A program made the position numbers and the translations under genes. From assembly GCA_040510135.1 (NCBI GenBank), contig JBEVJN010000039.1, forward strand, positions 10,315-74,314: a DNA stretch of 64,000 bases, written 5' to 3'. The stretch is from Acidimicrobiia bacterium. GTDB taxonomy: Bacteria; Actinomycetota; Acidimicrobiia; Spongiisociales; ZC4RG35. Within the stretch, counting starts at the first letter, position 1; every line of letters begins with the position of its first letter. Positions 10,043 to 18,190 of the stretch are shown here, piece after piece. The notes below the pieces were generated by a model that saw only the letters and a program-made list of their open reading frames with translations, searched no databases and was not told the origin of the DNA.

Positions 10043-10282
10043 TCAGCGGTAGTTGGTGGTCATCAGGAAGCCGGCCGCTATGGCCACCAAGCCGGCGATC
10101 AGGATCGTCTGGTCCCATTCGAAGACGAACCTGAGTATGACCAGCACGACGCCAACCACCATCAGTCCGGCCATCAGGGCCACGTACCAGGTCGGGCTGG
10201 GATCCTTGGCCTTGACCGCGGCTTGGGCGGCGCTGGCCGACACAGGTCTGTTCTTGGGCTTGCGACGCTTCGACTCCGGCAC
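10043..10282 (-). CDS. crgA: Cell division protein CrgA
   Basis: MPESKRRK...PSPTWY, two TM helices, ends MTTNYR; convergent with pknB as in other actinobacteria. Confidence 0.92.
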   Translation of the reverse strand: MPESKRRKPKNRPVSASAAQAAVKAKDPSPTWYVALMAGLMVVGVVLVILRFVFEWDQTILIAGLVAIAAGFLMTTNYR

Positions 10283-10338
10283 GAGCAGCGAGATTAGTCA
10301 ATATCGAAAGTCGATAACGCCGAGTTACATCCATGTAG

Positions 10339-10371
10339 TTCTCCACATCCTGTGGACAGGCCTCTGGAAAA
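10339..10371. promoter_or_regulatory. DnaA-box-like cluster upstream of crgA
   Basis: TTCTCCACA (10339-47), TGTGGACAG (10351-59) and TCTGGAAAA (10363-71). Confidence 0.5.
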
Positions 10372-10386
10372 CTACACCGCTGTGAT

Positions 10387-10644
10387 TCATTCCGGCCGCC
10401 AGACCGGAACCATGTCCTCCCGGCAATGACGCGGCGGATTGTCCTCGCCGACATTCACCGCGGTCATGGTCAGCTCCGCCCCACAGACCGTGCATCGATA
10501 GTCCTGATCGACGGCAACCACGTCCTGAGGGTCGACCTCGGGTGGCGGCGTCGAGAGCATGCGGATGATGGCGATCGAGATCCGCCAGATGATGTACCCG
10601 AACCCAACCGCCAGGAGGACGTCCAGGACCGTGTTGCCGGTCAC
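10387..10644 (-). CDS. 85-aa membrane-anchored protein with CxxC...HC metal-binding motif
   Basis: GTG start overlaps the thiolase stop (GTGA); TM helix, then YRCTVCG...RHCREDM. Confidence 0.7.
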   Translation of the reverse strand: MTGNTVLDVLLAVGFGYIIWRISIAIIRMLSTPPPEVDPQDVVAVDQDYRCTVCGAELTMTAVNVGEDNPPRHCREDMVPVWRPE

Positions 10645-11819
10645 ACCCGCTCGATGATCAGGGCGTTGGCCATTCCTCCGCCCTCGCACATGGTCTGCAG
10701 CCCGTAGCGGCCGCCGGTTCGCTCCAGTTCCCAAACCAGCGTCGTCAGGAGGCGGGCTCCGCTGGCACCCAGCGGGTGACCCAACGCAATGGCGCCTCCG
10801 TTCACGTTGGTGCGGTCCCATAGCGCCATCGGATCGGAGCCACCGTGTTCCATCCGCCAGGCCACCGTCACTGCGGCGAATGCCTCATTCACCTCGAAGA
10901 GGTCGATCTCGTCGATGCCGAGCCCGGCCCGCTTCAAGACCTTCTCGGTGGCCGGGATGGGCCCGGTCAGCATCGTCACCGGATCGACTCCCGCCATGGC
11001 AAATGCCACAAACCGGGCTTTCGGTGTCAGACCAAGCGCCCCGGCCTTCTCCTCCGACATGACCAGCACCGCCGCAGCACCATCCGAGATCTGCGAGGAG
11101 TTGCCGGCGGTGATGACCCCGTCGGTCTTGAACGCAGGTTGCAAGGCGGCCAACTTCTCGAGTGAGGTGTCTTCCCGGATGCCCTCGTCCCTGGTGATTG
11201 TTCGCACTCTTCCGTCATCGCCGGTGACACCGACCGGGACGATCTGCTCCTCGAACCGGCCCTCGGCGGTGGCCCGGGACGCCCTTCGATGAGACTCGAG
11301 AGAAAGCTCGTCCAGTTCCTGCCGGGAGATACCCCACTTCTCTGCGATCATCTCGGCGGACAAGCCCTGGGGCACCAGACCCTGTGAGTACCGCTCCAAC
11401 ATTCGAGCTCCGAATGGAAGACCGGGGCCTTGGTGCGCGGTGATTCCCATCGGCACCCGGGTCATGTTCTCCACTCCGGCCGCGACTACTACATCCTGAG
11501 CGCCCGCCATGATCGCCTGGGCGGCGAAGTGAGCCGACTGCTGGGAGGAGCCACACTGGCGATCGATGGTGACCCCGGGCACCTCTTCGGGGTACCCCGC
11601 GGCCAATGCCGCGTTGCGGCCGACGTTGTAGGCCTGTTCCCCGGTCTGACTGACGGTTCCCATGATCACATCGTCGATCAGCGCCGGGTCGATCCCGGTT
11701 CGCTCGACCAACGCCTCGAGCGGCCGGGAGGCGAGATCCACCGGGTGATAGTCCTTGAAGACGCCATTGCGGCGGCCGACGGGGGTCCGCACCGCGTCGA
11801 CGATCACGGCATTGGGCAT
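10641..11819 (-). CDS. Thiolase (acetyl-CoA C-acyltransferase)
   Basis: RQCGSS, NEAF, GHPLGASG and CEGGG motifs. Confidence 0.95.
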   Translation of the reverse strand: MPNAVIVDAVRTPVGRRNGVFKDYHPVDLASRPLEALVERTGIDPALIDDVIMGTVSQTGEQAYNVGRNAALAAGYPEEVPGVTIDRQCGSSQQSAHFAAQAIMAGAQDVVVAAGVENMTRVPMGITAHQGPGLPFGARMLERYSQGLVPQGLSAEMIAEKWGISRQELDELSLESHRRASRATAEGRFEEQIVPVGVTGDDGRVRTITRDEGIREDTSLEKLAALQPAFKTDGVITAGNSSQISDGAAAVLVMSEEKAGALGLTPKARFVAFAMAGVDPVTMLTGPIPATEKVLKRAGLGIDEIDLFEVNEAFAAVTVAWRMEHGGSDPMALWDRTNVNGGAIALGHPLGASGARLLTTLVWELERTGGRYGLQTMCEGGGMANALIIERV

Positions 11820-11840
11820 GTCGCTCCAGTCATCCGACGG

Positions 11841-11913
11841 TGGAGACGATGGGACTCGAACCCACGACCCCCGGCTTGCAAAGCCGGTGCTCTTCCAACT
11901 GAGCTACGTCCCC
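11841..11913 (-). tRNA. tRNA-Ala (TGC)
   Basis: GGGGACG...CGTCTCCA acceptor with G3:U70; anticodon TGC; GGTTCGAGTCC. Confidence 0.97.
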
Positions 11914-11987
11914 AATAGAGCTCGAGTCTATGACCTGGGTCTGACCTAATCATGGGTCCGTGACTTTGGGCAAGGCGTAGATCACGT

Positions 11988-12026
11988 CAAAAGAGGAGGT
12001 CGGACGCAAGAGCGCCCGGCCTCCTC
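11988..12026 (-). terminator. Intrinsic terminator after the repeat-peptide gene
   Basis: Stem GAGGAGGTCGGACGC-AAGA-GCGCCCGGCCTCCTC (+ strand); followed by TTTTG on the minus strand. Confidence 0.7.
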
Positions 12027-12068
12027 CATGCATGCCGCATCGGCAGTGGCTCACCTCTCGTTGCAGGC

Positions 12069-12398
12069 CTAGTTCGCGCCGACGAGGAAGCTCTCCCAGT
12101 TCCTCATCCGGACGGCCTCCGGGCTGAAAGCCTCCCTCTGGTACAGCCCACTGGTGTTCGCGATCCGGACGGCCTCCGGGCTGAAAGCCTCCTTGACGTA
12201 CAGCCCGGCGGTGTTTCTGACCCGCACGGCCTCGGGACTGAACTCTTCGGCTGGTTCCACGCCGGGGGCGGGGGCGTCCGCTGATTGCATCTGCCAGATT
12301 CCGAGTCCGGCCACAAGTAGCAGGGCCAGAGTCGTCAATCCCGCAGTTGCCATCCGTCGTCCCCGGATCGGGGCTCGTTCGTCCACAATCGTCGCCAT
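12069..12398 (-). CDS. 109-aa secreted or membrane-anchored protein with three 19-aa FSPEAVR repeats
   Basis: SD AAAGGAG before ATG 12398; hydrophobic signal/TM segment; in-frame repeats; own -10 box and terminator. Confidence 0.8.
   Translation of the reverse strand: MATIVDERAPIRGRRMATAGLTTLALLLVAGLGIWQMQSADAPAPGVEPAEEFSPEAVRVRNTAGLYVKEAFSPEAVRIANTSGLYQREAFSPEAVRMRNWESFLVGAN
12106..12249. repeat. Three 57-bp-period coding tandem repeats
   Basis: ATCCGGACGGCCTCCGGGCTGAAAGCCTCC at 12106 and 12163; degenerate copy at 12220. Confidence 0.9.
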
Positions 12399-12455
12399 CA
12401 GAGGCTCCTTTCCCTTGTGGGCCCTCCCTCGTGGACGGGCCACGCTCTGATGGCG

Positions 12456-12513
12456 AACGTATGGATATCGGAGCCTGACTACATCGTGGGATCTACGTAG
12501 CCAGGTACGGATC
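12456..12513 (-). promoter_or_regulatory. Promoter of the repeat-peptide gene with phased direct repeats (candidate LuxR operator)
   Basis: Minus strand reads ATCCGTA-N5-CTACGTA-N4-CCACGAT, then 21 nt, then -10 TACGTT (12456-61). Confidence 0.5.
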
Positions 12514-12531
12514 TTGTGCGATGAGAATCGA

Positions 12532-15500
12532 CTACGTGTCCTCTACGTGGAGACCGGTATCGAGGACCCAGCGGGCCACCTGGCTGCGCGAGGTGAAGCC
12601 GAGCTTCATGAGGATGTTCTCCACATGGGTCTCGGCTGTGCGCTCGGCCACGAACAGGCTCTCACCGATTTGACGGTTGGTCATGCCCTCGGCCACCAGA
12701 GCCGCTACTTCTCGCTCCCGGGGCGTGAGAACAGACCCTTTCAGCCCCTCCGCACGCCTTTTTCCATCCGGCGTCCTGCGCCGAGGCCTGGTGCCCAGCT
12801 GTGCCAAACCGATCTGGATCCGCTCGGCGAGCACAGGCATGCCTACCTCGTCGGAAAGTTTCGACGCAGCAACCAGGAACTCGGTGGCCTTGTCACGATC
12901 ATCTGGACCGTTGCGTGCGGCGAGCAGGGTCCCGTAGGAATGATAGGTATGAGCAATCCACGGCCGTGACTGCATCTGAATGGAAATAGCGAGTGCGACC
13001 TCGAAGTATGCAGCCGCTTCCTCGTGGCGACCGAGCTGGGCAGCCAGCCTTCCGAGGGTGAGTGCTACCGGTCCGCTGCTCACCTCGGATGCGGCCAAAG
13101 CAACCAAGTCCACGTAGGGACGTAACAGCTCGTAGAGGACCAGAGCACGGTCGTCGTCTTCCAGGATCGATGCCGCCTCTGAAAGGAGGATCATCGTGAA
13201 TAGCCATTCATTGTCCTTTGGGAAGATTGCGAAGTCATTCTCGGCCAGCTGACCGAAGAGGACTCGTGCCTCCTCCCACCTTCCGATTTCGAGCAAGAGC
13301 ACCAGCAGGATGGAACGGAAGGATCGATACCCGGGATGAGTGACCAGCGCGCGCCTTGTATCACCTTCGAGCTCGTCGAGCCGCCCTTGCTCTCGCCTCA
13401 GGATGAACAGAGCGAAGAGCCGGGAAGCTTCGGCATCCCACGCCTGGGCGCGACGCCCATGGTCCATGGTCTCCTCTATCAGCTTCTCGGCGTCTTCGAA
13501 TCGTCCATCGCTCATCGCCAGAATGGTTTCGATGACCCCGGCGTACCAGAGCTGAGAAGGCTGTCCTAGCTCGTGCGCCACACGAGACGTGAATTCCTGC
13601 TGAGCCCGTGCCTCCCAGATCAGGCCTCGGGTCATGGATCCGATGACACGCACCCAACATGCATCCGACAAGCGCTCCAGGTCTTGCACCTGCTCGGCAA
13701 GCGAGTTGATCTCTTCGGCCATTAGGGTCTCTTGGTTCACCCCATCGGGGCCAAGGAGGCTCGCCGCCCATTGAGCGATGAGGGCGTAGAACAAGGTTTC
13801 AGGGTCGCCGATCCGACGCGCCATCTCGACAGCCTCTCGAGCTAGCGACACCCGGGGCTCCAGGGATGGCTGATCCCTCAGTGCTCCAGCCAGACGGCCG
13901 AGCAGCGTCGCCCTGAGCACGCTGTCGTCACGCCCAAGAGCCTCGAGAGCCTGCTTCAGCAGGGGGATAACGAGTCGGTCCGTTGCAGCCCGGTGCCATG
14001 GAAACCTGCCGGCGTAGCCCATGGCGGCCCGAGCCGACATCTCCGCCAGGTCGAGTCGAGTTGCGATCTCTGCAGCCTCGAGAAATGTCTCCTTAGCCGT
14101 CGGTGTGGCCCCGGATCGCGCCTGGGCCTCACCCAACCGGAGCAGCGCCTCACAGCGCTGCTTCTCGTCCGGGTAATCCTCCAGCACGCGCAACGCCAGG
14201 TTGAGTAGACGGACCGCCTCTTCGAAGGCGAGTTGGTCAGTGGCGCGCTTTCCGGCCGTCATCGAGTATTCGACGGCCTTCCGGACATCGCCTCCAGGGG
14301 CGGCCTCGAAGAAGTGGTAGGCGAGCTCTCCGATATGCGGTTCGGGGTTGGGGGCGTAGGTCGTCTCCAAAGCCTGACCTACTTCACGATGAAGACGTAT
14401 TCGGTCAGCCGGCATCAGCTCTTCGTAGAGGGATTCACGGATAAGGGCGTGGGCGAATCGGAATCGGCCAGGCTCGTCTGGATGGTTATGGATCAATTTC
14501 GCCGCGACGGCGTCGTGTAGGTTCTCGAGGACTTCTCCAGCCTCATGCCCGGAGATGCGTTGGAGCATCTCGACGGAAAACTCGCGGCCGAGGACGGCTC
14601 CTATTGTGAGCATTTGGTGACACGATTCCGGCAGGCTTTCCAGGCGGCGACCGATGACATCCCGAACCCCGACGGGGATCGGAACCCGCCGATCTCCCAC
14701 GTGCTCCCACAGACGATCCTCAGCCACCAGGAGTCGAACGACCTCTTCGATGAAGAGGGGATTGCCTTCGGTCTCACGTGTTATCGACCGGACGAGCTCC
14801 TCCGGGGGCACCTGGCCCTCCAAAGACGTGATGAATCGAGCCACATCTGGTTCGCTCAGCCCCATGAGATCGATTCGCGTCGTTGCCTGACTGCGGGACA
14901 ACTCGGCGAGAACAGGTGCGAGCGGATGGTCCCTACTGACCTCGACATCCCGATAGGTTCCAAGCACCAGAACACTCCCATTCGCCAACTCCCCAGCGAG
15001 GAACTGGAGTAAAAGGAGCGAAGGGTCATCGGCCGCGTGCAGGTCCTCGAGGACGAATACCAGCATTCGATGCTGAGAAAGCCTCACGAGGAAGCCGGCG
15101 AGGGCGTCGAAAAGCTGAAATCGCGCCGCTTCGGGAGACAAAGAGGGGGGTTCTGGAAGATCGGGCAGATGGTCTCGGAGCTCGGGCAAAATCTGGGCAA
15201 GCACGCCGCCTTTCCCAGCTGCGGCTAGACGCAAGGTCTCGACGTCCACCTCAGTCAGCAGACCACGAAGCGACTGGGTCCAAGGCCAATACGCCGGGGC
15301 TCCACCTTGCTCCCAGCAGCGTCCCCACAGCACCAAGGCGTCCTGAGACTTCGCCTCCTGTGCGAACTCGTCTGCAAGGCGGGTCTTCCCGATCCCCGGC
15401 TCGCCCCCGATCAGGAAGAGACGTCCACGACCTGAAGATGCCTCGCCCAGTCCGGTCAAAAGAAGCGCGAGCTCTCGCTGTCGCCCGACAAATACACGAC

Positions 15501-15549
15501 CTTGATCGCCTGCGACCACCTCGAAGCGAGGAGTGTCGCTGGTGGACAT
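12532..15549 (-). CDS. Large AAA-ATPase/TPR/LuxR-HTH transcriptional regulator (LAL/STAND type)
   Basis: FVGRQREL; Walker A GEPGIGKT; Walker B VLEDLHAAD; TEGNPLF; FAHALIRE; C-terminal LTPREREVA...GMTNRQIG...TAETHVENI LuxR HTH; start taken as ATG 15549. Confidence 0.93.
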   Translation of the reverse strand: MSTSDTPRFEVVAGDQGRVFVGRQRELALLLTGLGEASSGRGRLFLIGGEPGIGKTRLADEFAQEAKSQDALVLWGRCWEQGGAPAYWPWTQSLRGLLTEVDVETLRLAAAGKGGVLAQILPELRDHLPDLPEPPSLSPEAARFQLFDALAGFLVRLSQHRMLVFVLEDLHAADDPSLLLLQFLAGELANGSVLVLGTYRDVEVSRDHPLAPVLAELSRSQATTRIDLMGLSEPDVARFITSLEGQVPPEELVRSITRETEGNPLFIEEVVRLLVAEDRLWEHVGDRRVPIPVGVRDVIGRRLESLPESCHQMLTIGAVLGREFSVEMLQRISGHEAGEVLENLHDAVAAKLIHNHPDEPGRFRFAHALIRESLYEELMPADRIRLHREVGQALETTYAPNPEPHIGELAYHFFEAAPGGDVRKAVEYSMTAGKRATDQLAFEEAVRLLNLALRVLEDYPDEKQRCEALLRLGEAQARSGATPTAKETFLEAAEIATRLDLAEMSARAAMGYAGRFPWHRAATDRLVIPLLKQALEALGRDDSVLRATLLGRLAGALRDQPSLEPRVSLAREAVEMARRIGDPETLFYALIAQWAASLLGPDGVNQETLMAEEINSLAEQVQDLERLSDACWVRVIGSMTRGLIWEARAQQEFTSRVAHELGQPSQLWYAGVIETILAMSDGRFEDAEKLIEETMDHGRRAQAWDAEASRLFALFILRREQGRLDELEGDTRRALVTHPGYRSFRSILLVLLLEIGRWEEARVLFGQLAENDFAIFPKDNEWLFTMILLSEAASILEDDDRALVLYELLRPYVDLVALAASEVSSGPVALTLGRLAAQLGRHEEAAAYFEVALAISIQMQSRPWIAHTYHSYGTLLAARNGPDDRDKATEFLVAASKLSDEVGMPVLAERIQIGLAQLGTRPRRRTPDGKRRAEGLKGSVLTPREREVAALVAEGMTNRQIGESLFVAERTAETHVENILMKLGFTSRSQVARWVLDTGLHVEDT

Positions 15550-15599
15550 CCCGATGCCGCGCCTCCTGTCCCGCCGACAGACTACCGGTGCGGCTTGGT

Positions 15600-15746
15600 T
15601 CAGGTCGTCTCCGGAACGCCCTGCCGCGCCGACATGGTCGCCACCGGCGACCTGACCGTCAACGAGGTCACGAACACGGTGCAGACCCCGCTGCAGGCAC
15701 AAGTGGTCGACGGGATGATCCTCATCACCGGGTCGAGCGAGATCCA
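15600..15746 (+). pseudogene. YceI-family C-terminal remnant
   Basis: Frame reads ATGDLTVNEVTNTVQTPLQAQVVDGMILITGSSEI, resembling the YceI G.LT..GVT..V strand region; both termini missing. Confidence 0.45.
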
Positions 15747-16427
15747 ATGCGCCGAGGTTCGATCGCGTGGCTGATGGTCGCGTTGGTGGCATGCGTTGCC
15801 CCGGAGGCGAGGCCCACCACAACCCCGCGTCCTGTCGCATCGGTGCCGCCGACCACAGTCACGACTGCGGCTGGGGACGGGAATCACCAGATCGTGGCTG
15901 AGCCCCACCCAGAGCTCCGCCAGGAACTTCTGGAGATGATGGTCGAGGACCAGGCGGTAGCGACCGGGATCGCGCCTCCCGGTGACGATCGCACCGCCAA
16001 CGAGCTATTTGCGGCCTTGGACTCGGTTGACGCGGCCAATGCGGTGCGAATGGAGGAAATCCTCGAAGAGTACGGGTGGCCCCGTTGGTCACTCGTGGAG
16101 GAAGACGGCGCCGAGGCGGCGTGGGTCCTCGTCCAGCATGCAGACATGAATCTCGAATTGCAGAAGCGCGGTCTGTCCCTCCTCGAGGCTGCAGTGGCGG
16201 CAAACGATGCCAGTCCCAGCGACCTTGCCTACCTGATCGACAGGGTCCGCGTCGCCGAAGCCAAGCCACAGGTCTATGGCACCCAGGTTTCGGTCGGAGA
16301 AGACGGCACCGTCACGCCACGCACTCCCATCGAAGCTGAGGACGAAGTCGACACCCGTCGTGCGGCAGTCGGTCTGGGACCTCTCGAGAAGTACTACGCG
16401 GAATTCGAGGCTCCCGCCGACGACTAG
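15747..16427 (+). CDS. DUF6624-like lipoprotein
   Basis: Lipobox LVAC; Thr/Pro linker; M...DQ, YGWP, AAWVLVQHAD and AYLIDRV...KPQVYGTQ motifs. Confidence 0.8.
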   Translation: MRRGSIAWLMVALVACVAPEARPTTTPRPVASVPPTTVTTAAGDGNHQIVAEPHPELRQELLEMMVEDQAVATGIAPPGDDRTANELFAALDSVDAANAVRMEEILEEYGWPRWSLVEEDGAEAAWVLVQHADMNLELQKRGLSLLEAAVAANDASPSDLAYLIDRVRVAEAKPQVYGTQVSVGEDGTVTPRTPIEAEDEVDTRRAAVGLGPLEKYYAEFEAPADD

Positions 16428-16509
16428 ATGACCCGAGTCGGGTCAGCTATTTCCACTTCGACTGTTTGCGGCATGCCGATACAATTCGACCTCCCTGACT
16501 ACCAGTCGA

Positions 16510-16587
16510 GGGCCCATAGCTCAGCCCGGTTAGAGCGCATCCCTGATAAGGATGAGGTCCGTGGTTCAAGTCCACGTGGGCCCACCA
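16510..16587 (+). tRNA. tRNA-Ile (GAT)
   Basis: GGGCCCA/TGGGCCC acceptor; anticodon loop CTGATAA; encoded CCA. Confidence 0.97.
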
Positions 16588-16676
16588 CCACAATCTCCAG
16601 GGCGCGACTGCCGATTTCGCCCTCACCATCTCCATTGATGTGCGGTGGTCGCCGAAACGGTCTGGTGGCTCGAGAA

Positions 16677-17126
16677 TCAGGCGCCGAGTCGCAGCACCAT
16701 CGAGATCTCGGTCAGGACGAGCAGTAACACCATCAGCCTGCCGGCGAATGCAGCCCGCTTGGCGTTCAACCCCGCGGTGGGGAAGTCGCCGACTTTCATC
16801 GCTGCCAGGGCCTTGACGGCGGATGGACGCAAGACGCTGAAAGCCAGAATCAAGGCGATCACCGCAACGGCAAGGCCGATCCCCACGAATGCCATCGAGA
16901 AGTCGTAGGCGTCATCAGACAGCACCAACCCGATACCGGATAGCAAGGTCAGAACGCCCGCCGGGATGAAATATCTCGAGGCAGCGTCGATCGCATTGGT
17001 GATCCAGTTGAGCGCGGTTTCGCCTCCAGCTTTGGCCATCCTCGGCCCAATGAACCCATTGAAGAAGCCGCCGCCCAGCCAGGCGACGGCGGAAAGGACG
17101 TGGATAACCAAGAAGGTCTCAGTCAT
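16677..17126 (-). CDS. DUF2269-like four-TM membrane protein
   Basis: HVLSAVAWLGG, LTLLSGIGL and C-terminal MVLR patterns. Confidence 0.65.
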   Translation of the reverse strand: MTETFLVIHVLSAVAWLGGGFFNGFIGPRMAKAGGETALNWITNAIDAASRYFIPAGVLTLLSGIGLVLSDDAYDFSMAFVGIGLAVAVIALILAFSVLRPSAVKALAAMKVGDFPTAGLNAKRAAFAGRLMVLLLVLTEISMVLRLGA

Positions 17127-17194
17127 TTCCACAAACCTACCTCCCGCCAGCGCGGGCTGCCGTCGAGCCGTCGTTGGGTAATCGGCAGACCACA

Positions 17195-17210
17195 TCGAAC
17201 ACCTGTTCGA
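17195..17210. promoter_or_regulatory. LexA (SOS) box
   Basis: Perfect TCGAAC-ACCT-GTTCGA abutting the -10 TACGAT (17212-17) of the radical SAM gene. Confidence 0.9.
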
Positions 17211-17223
17211 CTACGATGGAGGG

Positions 17224-18159
17224 GTGAGCGAACTGCGGTGGAGTGCGCCATCCGAAGGCGGCTTGTTCGAGTTGAGTCGACGGGTCGCCGGGCGCGGCGA
17301 GTACCGCGGGCTCACCTTTCACGAGATCGAGGCCAAATCGATCCTCAACCGGGTCCCTGGCGACTACCTGCCCTTCGATTGGACGATCAACCCATATCGA
17401 GGATGCAGCCATGCCTGCGTCTATTGCTTCGCTCGGCCGACTCACGAGTACCTGGGATTCGACATCGCTGGTGACTTCGACAGCCAGATCGTGGTCAAGA
17501 TCAATGCCGTCGAGCTGGCCCGGGCCGAGACCTCGCCGGGGCGCTGGTCGGGTGAGTCGATCGCCATGGGGACGAACACCGATCCCTATCAGCCGGCTGA
17601 GGGCAGGTACCGGCTCACTCGCGGAATCATCGAAGTCCTCACCGAGCGACACAACCCCTTCACCATCTTGACCAAATCGACGCTCGCCCTCCGTGATACG
17701 GACGTCTTTGCCGAGGCTGCCTCCCACAGCAAGGTGAGTGTCAGCTTCTCGATCGGGACTATCGATCCCGACGTCTGGCGCCAGACGGAGCCAGGCACAC
17801 CTCACCCGCAACGACGCATCGAGGCGATCGCCCGTCTTCATCAGGCAGGGGTGCCCACCGGAGTCCTGGTGGCGCCATTGATCCCCGGCCTTTCCGACAA
17901 GCCCGACCAGGTCGCCGCGGTGGAGGCGGCGTGCCGTGAGGCCGGCGCGGGTTCGATCTCGGCCGTACGCCTCCACCTTCGGCCAGGTGTCAAGCAACAC
18001 TTCATGGGATGGCTCGGCGAGCACCATCCCGAGCTCACCGCCGACTACGAGCGTCTCTACCGCGATCGCGCCTATCTCCCCCGTCATCCCCGAGGGCGAG
18101 CCCGGCCCAAGTCGACCGCCACGGACGCGCCGGCCCAACCTGCCCTGCCCTTCGGCTGA
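17224..18159 (+). CDS. Rv2578c-family radical SAM protein (SPL-like, DNA-damage inducible)
   Basis: INPYRGCSHACVYCFAR (CxxxCxxC), GTNTDPYQ, LTKS and EPGTP motifs; LexA box upstream. Confidence 0.9.
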   Translation: MSELRWSAPSEGGLFELSRRVAGRGEYRGLTFHEIEAKSILNRVPGDYLPFDWTINPYRGCSHACVYCFARPTHEYLGFDIAGDFDSQIVVKINAVELARAETSPGRWSGESIAMGTNTDPYQPAEGRYRLTRGIIEVLTERHNPFTILTKSTLALRDTDVFAEAASHSKVSVSFSIGTIDPDVWRQTEPGTPHPQRRIEAIARLHQAGVPTGVLVAPLIPGLSDKPDQVAAVEAACREAGAGSISAVRLHLRPGVKQHFMGWLGEHHPELTADYERLYRDRAYLPRHPRGRARPKSTATDAPAQPALPFG

Positions 18160-18190
18160 GCGAAGTCCGATTCCCTGCTACACAATGGCG

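Noticed and set aside
12106-12249. 30-bp repeats with 27-bp gaps resembling a mini-CRISPR array
   Set aside because: The period is 57 bp (in frame), the 'spacers' resemble each other, the third copy differs mostly at synonymous sites, and there are no cas genes; it is a coding repeat.
11914-16509. tRNA-integrated genomic island or prophage between tRNA-Ala and tRNA-Ile
   Set aside because: The segment lies at the 5' side of both tRNAs; I saw no duplicated tRNA 3' end, integrase or transposase.
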